Below are positions 1 to 4,574 of a DNA stretch of 4,574 nucleotides, piece by piece (position 1 is the stretch's first letter; every line of letters begins with the position of its first letter). Below the pieces are notes generated by a model that was given only the letters and a program-made list of their open reading frames with translations, was not told the DNA's origin and made no database searches. The stretch is from a virus (lineage: Duplodnaviria; Heunggongvirae; Uroviricota; Caudoviricetes). The position numbers and the translations under genes were made by a program. Location of the stretch: IMG/VR virus record IMGVR_UViG_2547132269_000010; one strand, written 5' to 3'.

Positions 1-300
1 TTGATATCGAGATTTTTGGCAGCACTATTACTACAAGATGCACATGATCTGGCTATACATTTAACTCCAGAACCTCGCAATCCTTTATCCCGCAGGGTCC
101 TAAAGCGGTATTTTGGCGTCCAGATTATGTGATATTTGCAATGCCAATATACATGTGAATGTGACTAGTCCTGATATAAGTTGACACTTTTCTGTCTGTA
201 ATGGAGTGCCCCGCGCCCCTGGACAAATCTGTAGATAAACGGAAATGCACCAAGGGTTCTTCTGTTTGCGAATGCTAGCTGTCTAGTCGTTGATTAAGCC

Positions 301-330
301 TTGACATTTGTGATTCATGTTATCCATAGT
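301..330 (+). promoter_or_regulatory. candidate sigma70 promoter for the zinc-ribbon/MTase operon
   Basis: Perfect -35 hexamer TTGACA at 301-306; only weak -10 candidates 17-18 bp downstream (CATAGT at 325-330); about 40 bp upstream of the 373 start codon. A second TTGACA at 181-186 has no properly spaced -10. Confidence 0.25.
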
Positions 331-372
331 GAGTAAATCATTTTCATCTGATGTTATAAAAGAGAGGTACCA

Positions 373-648
373 ATGGTGACATGTAATTGTTGTGGTAAGG
401 CTCTGAACAAAGGTATTTGGACTCTGGATGGCAAATATAAAAGTTGTCCATTATGTTCATCTACGCATGGCGTTGAGCACATTTTCCGGCGCTATCCCGA
501 GGACTTTGGAACCACTGATGCCAGGATTACGCCGACGAACCCTGATGGTGCTCAAAGCTATTGTATTGACTGTCGGGGATTAGATAAAGGACAATCATCA
601 CTGGTAGATCTCACCAAACAGAGATTATGTAATACAGTGCGAATTTAA
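373..648 (+). CDS. small Cys-rich zinc-ribbon protein (91 aa) with Mu Com-like N-terminal finger; putative regulator or accessory factor of the downstream methyltransferase
   Basis: ATG at 373 preceded by Shine-Dalgarno AGAGAGG (361-367, 5-nt spacing). N-terminus has CxxC (C4,C7) then GKALNK, then CPLC (C25,C28); same spacing and the C-x-K-x-L-x-K signature as I recall for phage Mu Com (CKNCNKLLFK...CPRC). Further CxxC at C64/C67. Stop TAA (646-648) overlaps the ATG of the next gene (TAATG). Function inferred, not demonstrated. Confidence 0.6.
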   Translation: MVTCNCCGKALNKGIWTLDGKYKSCPLCSSTHGVEHIFRRYPEDFGTTDARITPTNPDGAQSYCIDCRGLDKGQSSLVDLTKQRLCNTVRI

Positions 649-1328
649 TGAATTTAAATCAGTTAGATGCAGTTGAATGGCTAAAAACACTCCCTTCTGG
701 GAGTGTTGATCTATTTGTAACAGATCCTCCATATGAATCGCTTGAAAAACATAGAAAAATAGGCACAACAACTAGGCTGAAAGTAAGTAAGTCTTCTAGT
801 AATGAATGGTTTGCTATCTTTCCAAACAGTAGATTTGGAGAGCTTTTAACCGAAATGTATCGTGTCCTCAAAAAGAATCGTCATCTATATATTTTCTGTG
901 ATCAAGAAACTATGTTCCATCTGAAGCCGATTGCCGAAGATGCTGGGTTTAAGTTTTGGAAACCAATTGTCTGGAACAAGATGGCTATCGGAATGGGATA
1001 TCATTACCGTGCCAAGTACGAATTTGTTTTGTTTTTTGAGAAAGGAAAGAGGAAGCTCAACAACTTAGGTATACCTGACATCTTGGAAGTGAAGAGGGTG
1101 ATGAGAGGGTATCCAACCGAAAAACCAGTTGATCTTATTAAGATTTTGATTGAGCAAAGTACAGTTCAAGGTGAGTCTGTATGTGATCCTTTTTTTGGTT
1201 CTGGCTCAACTTTAGTTGCAGCTTTCGAGTTAGGACGTTCTTTCTTAGGGACAGATATTTCGCCATCAGCTCATGCTTACTTTAAGCAGCGGTTATCTGA
1301 CAGCCAGTTAATACTTGACACGCTGTAA
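648..1328 (+). CDS. DNA methyltransferase, beta-class N6-adenine/N4-cytosine family (226 aa), probably N6-adenine-specific
   Basis: Motif IV DPPY near the N-terminus (VTDPPYES, codons at 723-734) and motif I near the C-terminus (DPFFGSGST, about 1185-1211), preceded by the conserved YPTEKP box: the beta-class order IV then I. No Shine-Dalgarno; start overlaps the upstream stop, implying translational coupling. Stop TAA at 1326-1328. Confidence 0.9.
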   Translation: MNLNQLDAVEWLKTLPSGSVDLFVTDPPYESLEKHRKIGTTTRLKVSKSSSNEWFAIFPNSRFGELLTEMYRVLKKNRHLYIFCDQETMFHLKPIAEDAGFKFWKPIVWNKMAIGMGYHYRAKYEFVLFFEKGKRKLNNLGIPDILEVKRVMRGYPTEKPVDLIKILIEQSTVQGESVCDPFFGSGSTLVAAFELGRSFLGTDISPSAHAYFKQRLSDSQLILDTL

Positions 1329-1336
1329 TGTTGGAT

Positions 1337-1358
1337 GGGGTTTGTAGTGAACCCCTTT
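1337..1358 (+). terminator. possible weak intrinsic terminator after the methyltransferase gene
   Basis: Hairpin GGGGTT (1337-1342) / AACCCC (1350-1355) with 7-nt loop, followed by only TTT (1356-1358); begins 9 nt after the MTase stop codon. The short T-tract makes this weak. Confidence 0.3.
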
Positions 1359-1596
1359 CAAAGAGTTTAGTCTCAAGGATTACTGGGGGGGAAGTAAAGT
1401 GATGAATTCAACTCCCTGATTGGAAGCTGAACTCGAATGTGCAATTAGGTGGAGATATTTGAAGCTTTAACGGAAGATTTCTCTTGTTGGGGTCTGAACT
1501 ATCTTTTCTGCATTTGGAGTGCACTCAGACCTCATGAATATAACGGTGGGTTACCGCCGAACGAATAGGAAAATAGATACTGGAAAAAATCTAAAA

Positions 1597-1785
1597 TCAT
1601 GGCAGTTTTTGTTGACCACTACAGTTCTTGGTAACAGGGATAATGTAGCGAAACTGCCAGATTTTACTTCCGCTGGATTTGATGAGTAGCTCAAGGCCAT
1701 CACCATCATAGAGAACATAGTCCGCTTCTTTGGGGTTGGCTGATTCGATTTCCTTAACGGATAGAGGTTTGGTTTGTCTTGCCAT
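1597..1785 (-). pseudogene. truncated/decayed P4 (IntA)-type tyrosine integrase, N-terminal arm-binding region only
   Basis: Minus-strand ORF from ATG 1783-1785 gives MARQTKPLSVKEIESANPKEADYVLYDGDGLELLIKSSGSKIWQFRY, closely matching the conserved N-terminus of enterobacterial P4-family integrases as I recall them (MARKTKPL...DGDGL.LLIKSSGSK.WQFRY). The frame stops after 62 codons at 1597-1599. An overlapping shifted frame reads ...FRFFPVSI..., possibly residual frameshifted homology. No catalytic domain follows on the minus strand. Confidence 0.6.
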
Positions 1786-1803
1786 TGCCGGGTTTCCATA
1801 GTT

Positions 1804-1858
1804 TTAGGCACCTCAAAAACAATAAAGCTTTATGAGGTGCCTAACAAGGTGCCTAAAA
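1804..1858. promoter_or_regulatory. palindromic plus direct repeats of AGGTGCCTAA immediately upstream of the integrase start; candidate operator/Int-binding or leader structure
   Basis: Perfect 12-bp inverted repeat TTAGGCACCTCA (1804-1815) / TGAGGTGCCTAA (1833-1844) with 17-nt spacer, plus a third direct copy AGGTGCCTAA at 1847-1856; lies 19-73 nt upstream (minus-strand sense) of the integrase ATG. Confidence 0.3.
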
Positions 1859-1910
1859 GGTTCGGATTTAATTAGTTGGCATCGGACTTCGCGGGACAAA
1901 TTCAAGGCAC

Positions 1911-1942
1911 AAAAAAGCCCGCGGAGCTTACGCCGTGCGGGC
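1911..1942 (-). terminator. putative rho-independent terminator (minus strand) between crr and the integrase region
   Basis: GC-rich hairpin GCCCGC(GG) at 1917-1924 pairing with (CC)GTGCGGGC at 1933-1942, flanked by A6 at 1911-1916 on the plus strand (a U6 tail after the hairpin on the minus-strand transcript). On the plus strand it is followed only by TCTT. Confidence 0.35.
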
Positions 1943-2146
1943 TCTTAGGACTTCATCGGATGACTCTGGTAATCACCGATGGAGAATTTTGGTGGGCTGG
2001 CGGAGTTTGAATAAATATTGTATTGCTTTGATTTTTAATGATTTTGTTTAATTCATTTTTTGTGCGTATACCTAATCGTATACCAATGGCTGGAAGTTAA
2101 TGTGAAATGAAAGCGCATTTTTACTTGGATTGATGCTATATCGTAC

Positions 2147-2270
2147 AGGAAAAAAATTTTTTTCGAAAGAACTGTTCACACTGTTCACCTTTCTGTTTTC
2201 TCCTTTTATTTCAGAGTGATAGGTGGTGAATAATGGGTGAAGGGTGAACATTCGATTCTTCACCTCCGGC
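2147..2270. repeat. crr-like cis-replication repeat unit 1 (iteron array)
   Basis: Begins with A7T7 (2150-2163). Contains TGTTCACA (2173-2180), TGTTCACC (2182-2189), GGTGAACA (2243-2250) and variants GGTGAATA, GGTGAAGG, TCTTCACC (2257-2264). Roughly 80-85% identical by eye to unit 2, offset 181 bp. Confidence 0.7.
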
Positions 2271-2276
2271 ATTCTG

Positions 2277-2326
2277 CCGGTGTGACTTGTGCAGGGGATT
2301 AATTTCCCGTGCTGAAATCACACCGG
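2277..2326. repeat. inverted repeat in the spacer between the two crr units
   Basis: CCGGTGTGA (2277-2285) and TCACACCGG (2318-2326) are perfect 9-bp inverted arms around a 32-nt spacer that contains a nested near-palindrome (GGGATTAATTTCCC). Confidence 0.4.
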
Positions 2327-2449
2327 AAGAAAAAAAGTTTTTTTTGATTTGATTGTTCACACTGTTCACCTTTCGTTTTTCTCTTTTAATTTCAGTGTGA
2401 TAACGGGTGAATATACGGTGAAGGGTGAACAGTGGATTGTTCACCTTCG
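2327..2449. repeat. crr-like cis-replication repeat unit 2 (iteron array)
   Basis: Begins with A7-G-T8 (2330-2345). Contains TGTTCACA (2354-2361), TGTTCACC (2363-2370 and 2438-2445), GGTGAACA (2424-2431) and variants. Direct repeat of unit 1. Confidence 0.7.
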
Positions 2450-2461
2450 GGGAATTCAGGG

Positions 2462-2488
2462 ATAAAAAAAGACCGGCAGATGCCGGTC
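2462..2488 (-). terminator. rho-independent terminator of the primase-helicase gene
   Basis: Perfect 7-bp GC-rich stem GACCGGC (2471-2477) / GCCGGTC (2482-2488) with 4-nt loop, followed on the minus-strand transcript by a U7 run (plus-strand A7 at 2464-2470); starts 16 nt after the TGA stop at 2505-2507. Confidence 0.65.
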
Positions 2489-2504
2489 AGATGAGTCATG
2501 ATGG

Positions 2505-4574
2505 TCAGGTTGTTGCAGGGTCGTCACATTTTGGCAGCCAGTCGCCGTAGCTTTCCTCTTTCAGCGTCAGGTTGGTCTGTATCCCCTGTTTGGTATGGCG
2601 CTTCTCGTAATTCAGTCCGTATTCCTTCAGCATCACCGGCAGCCCCAGCCCGAACATTTTCAGACTGAGTACATTCCGGTAGCCGTTTGCCTCCATGTAG
2701 GCCAGATAGGCGTGATAGAGGTATTTACGGTAATTACGCGGGATGATACTGGCGTTCCCCATATACATGCCGCTGGTCTGCGGCAGGGTTTCCAGATAGC
2801 CGATAAAATCAAACGTCGGGTCGGCATCCCGTTTGATGTTCAGTGCCTCGTCTGAGTTCTGCTGGGACTGAAGCAGTGACCGGGCGAGCATCGGGTCGCT
2901 GAACTTCTGCATCAGGTGACGCACGATGACCGCCAGCTCGCGGGTGATTTTGTCCTTAAGCTGCGGGTCGCGCTCCTGCGGGGCTATCTGTTCCGGGAAG
3001 TGAATAATCACCCGCCGGCGTGACACGCCGCCGCTGCGGTCGGTGAAGCGCATCGGGTTATTGTTCACGGCCAGAATCACCGCCGGGATATGCGTGGAGT
3101 ACGCATCCCGGTATTTCGGGTCAACGGACACCGCGTCGCCGCCGGTGATGGCCTTGAGTCCGGCACCGTCGCCGCTCCATTTTTCCTGGTCCGGCAGGCG
3201 TATCAGTGAGAAGCCAGTTAACGCGGCACGTTCACGCGGGGATTCCAGCGTCTCGATGGTGGCCGACGTGGCGTTATCCTCCCCGGCCAGCAGGGTGGCT
3301 ATTTCGGCCATGATACTTTTGCCGCTGCCGCCGGGACCGGTCACCTCCAGAAAGAGCTGCCAGTCGTAGCGGTTTGCCAGCACCATAAACAGTGCGGCCA
3401 GAATCACGTCGCGTTTTTCCGCACGACCACCGGCAGCACGGTCAAGCCAGCGCCAGAACGCGGGAGCGTGGGTTTCCAGCGTTTCACCGTCCACCGGCGG
3501 GGTGAAATCCACATCACACAGGGTACGCATCCAGTGTGACGGACTGTGCGGGTGGAACGTACCGTTCTGCGTGTCGAGCACGCCGTTACGAAAGCCAATC
3601 AGGCGGCGGGAGGGGGCTTCCTGCTGCGGAATAATCAGCTTCAGGGTGTCCACCACGGAGGCCACCTTCCCGGAGGAGAACGGCGCGCGCAGCCGCTGAA
3701 ACAGCCCGGCCACATCCCGGGCAAAGTCCTGTGGTGGCAGCACCTTCCAGACACCATTTTCATAGCGGGACAGAAGCTGGCCGTTGGCATCGACCGCGAG
3801 CGCCTCGCCGTAATGCTCATAGATACGCATGGCCTTTTCGCTGGTACTCATGGCGGAAAACTCCGCTTCGCTCATGGTGTCGAACGGGCTTTCAGCCGGT
3901 GGCCGGATTGCATCATAAATGGCCTTACGGGTGGCCTCCCCGCCGTACTGCGTGAAGGCATCATTCCAGTCACCGAAGACCGGCGGCAGGGCAACAACAC
4001 CTTCACACGCATCTGCGGCTGCGGCGGCTTTTTTCTGGCCGTCACCGCTGAGGTCACGGTCAGCGGCAAGGACAATCTGACAGGCGGGGGGCTTCTGCCG
4101 GGCAAGGCTGGCCAGAGAAAGGAGGTTCACGGAAGAAAGCGCCACCATCACCGTTTCACCGGTCAGGTGATGCACGGTAAGTGCGGTCGCGTATCCCTCC
4201 GCTATCCACAGACGTTTTCCGGCCTGATTCTGTCCTTCAAGGATGTGACAGGTGCCCCTGACCTGTCCGCCTTTCAGGGTGCGCTTACGGCCGTCAGCAC
4301 TGATTAACTGAAGGTTAACCAGTTCGCCGCTGTCGTCATACAGTGGCACCACAAGGTCACCGGCGCGCCAGCTCACGCCACCGGCTCTGTGTGTGCCGGT
4401 CAGCATCCGGCATTCCCGGCCGGGAAAGCCCTTGCGGGTCAGGTAGGCGTTACCGGTTCCGGGACGGGGTTTCGCCATCAGGGTTTGTGCCAGTGCGGCG
4501 GCGTTCTTCCGGGCGGCTTCTGTTTCAGCAACGGCGGCGGCCGTCACTGCCGGGTCAGCCGGTGGCAGGCTGGC
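2505..4574 (-). CDS. alpha: P4 alpha-type bifunctional primase-helicase (replication protein), 5'-partial; N-terminus beyond the window end
   Basis: Minus-strand frame is open from the window edge (no stop between 4574 and the first start-like codon, GTG at 4545-4547) to TGA at 2505-2507. Translation has TOPRIM-type primase motifs (WIAEGYATA with Glu codon at 4197-4199; AADRDLSGDG), a Walker A P-loop GPGGSGKS (3315-3338) and a C-terminal domain. It is followed by TGTTCACC iteron repeats, the known binding sites of the P4 alpha C-terminal domain. Confidence 0.9.
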   Translation of the reverse strand, partial: ASLPPADPAVTAAAVAETEAARKNAAALAQTLMAKPRPGTGNAYLTRKGFPGRECRMLTGTHRAGGVSWRAGDLVVPLYDDSGELVNLQLISADGRKRTLKGGQVRGTCHILEGQNQAGKRLWIAEGYATALTVHHLTGETVMVALSSVNLLSLASLARQKPPACQIVLAADRDLSGDGQKKAAAAADACEGVVALPPVFGDWNDAFTQYGGEATRKAIYDAIRPPAESPFDTMSEAEFSAMSTSEKAMRIYEHYGEALAVDANGQLLSRYENGVWKVLPPQDFARDVAGLFQRLRAPFSSGKVASVVDTLKLIIPQQEAPSRRLIGFRNGVLDTQNGTFHPHSPSHWMRTLCDVDFTPPVDGETLETHAPAFWRWLDRAAGGRAEKRDVILAALFMVLANRYDWQLFLEVTGPGGSGKSIMAEIATLLAGEDNATSATIETLESPRERAALTGFSLIRLPDQEKWSGDGAGLKAITGGDAVSVDPKYRDAYSTHIPAVILAVNNNPMRFTDRSGGVSRRRVIIHFPEQIAPQERDPQLKDKITRELAVIVRHLMQKFSDPMLARSLLQSQQNSDEALNIKRDADPTFDFIGYLETLPQTSGMYMGNASIIPRNYRKYLYHAYLAYMEANGYRNVLSLKMFGLGLPVMLKEYGLNYEKRHTKQGIQTNLTLKEESYGDWLPKCDDPATT

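Noticed and set aside
1-132. Frame +1 is open from the window edge to TGA at 130-132 (43 codons: ...DAHDLAIHLTPEPRNPLSRRVLKRYFGVQIM), possibly the 3' end of an upstream gene
   Set aside because: Too short, with no recognisable motif and no start in the window; cannot be supported without upstream sequence.
201-278. 25-codon ORF (MECPAPLDKSVDKRKCTKGSSVCEC)
   Set aside because: No Shine-Dalgarno upstream of the ATG and nothing recognisable; likely chance ORF in the operon's upstream region.
373-648. The 91-aa Cys-rich protein as the restriction endonuclease partner of the methyltransferase (complete type II R-M system)
   Set aside because: Far smaller than known type II restriction endonucleases and lacks recognisable PD-(D/E)xK, HNH or GIY-YIG catalytic signatures; a regulatory or accessory zinc-ribbon role is more plausible.
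659-871. 70-aa ORF antisense to the methyltransferase gene
   Set aside because: Entirely inside and antisense to a well-supported CDS with clear MTase motifs; no start context of its own.
1491-1531. 7-bp inverted repeat GGTCTGA/TCAGACC enclosing a perfect 10-bp palindrome GAGTGCACTC (1517-1526)
   Set aside because: Short palindromes of this size occur by chance in AT-rich intergenic DNA; no flanking context (promoter, T-tract, gene start) gives it a function.
1551-1811. 86-aa minus-strand ORF overlapping the integrase remnant
   Set aside because: Out of frame with the recognisable integrase N-terminus; its upstream part has no homology. Only its tail may reflect frameshifted integrase remnant, so it is treated as part of the pseudogene rather than a gene.
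2072-2444. Two minus-strand ORFs (2072-2272, 2211-2444) with similar translations
   Set aside because: They run through the two crr direct repeats; their similarity is a by-product of the DNA repeat, and the region is better explained as an iteron-bearing cis-acting replication element.
2147-2449. Possible CRISPR array (direct repeats with spacer)
   Set aside because: Only two repeat units, each ~120 bp and diverged (~80-85% identity), with internal iterons and A/T tracts. This is far from the 25-40-bp near-identical repeats with unique spacers of CRISPR, and matches the P4 crr architecture instead.
2595-4307. Plus-strand ORFs inside the primase-helicase gene (2595-2855, 3043-3369, 3502-3699, 3546-4307 of 253 aa, 3731-3955) and minus-strand out-of-frame ORFs (3404-3598, 3872-4105)
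   Set aside because: All lie antisense or out of frame within a strongly supported 2-kb coding frame in GC-rich DNA, where long spurious ORFs are expected; Arg/Gly/Pro-rich low-complexity translations with no recognisable motifs and no convincing SD.

Overview
Mosaic window on a P4-type satellite-phage / integrative-element backbone. The right half (2505-4574, minus strand, GC-rich by eye) is the 3' ~90% of a P4 alpha-type primase-helicase gene; its 5' end lies beyond the window. Downstream of it are an intrinsic terminator and a crr-like cis-replication region: two diverged ~120-bp direct repeats (period 181 bp) carrying TGTTCACC/GGTGAACA iterons. Further left are a palindromic AGGTGCCTAA motif cluster and a decayed IntA/P4-type tyrosine integrase N-terminus (1597-1785, minus) that stops after ~60 codons. 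The left third (1 to ~1600, AT-rich) looks like foreign cargo: a translationally coupled two-gene operon encoding a 91-aa Cys-rich zinc-ribbon protein with a Mu Com-like CxxC-x17-CPxC finger (373-648) and a 226-aa beta-class DPPY DNA methyltransferase (648-1328). No rRNA, tRNA gene or CRISPR array is present. The most interesting candidate is this Com-like/MTase cassette, which sits where the integrase body and the satellite variable region would be expected. All homology statements are from reading motifs by eye and from recalled sequences, not from database searches.
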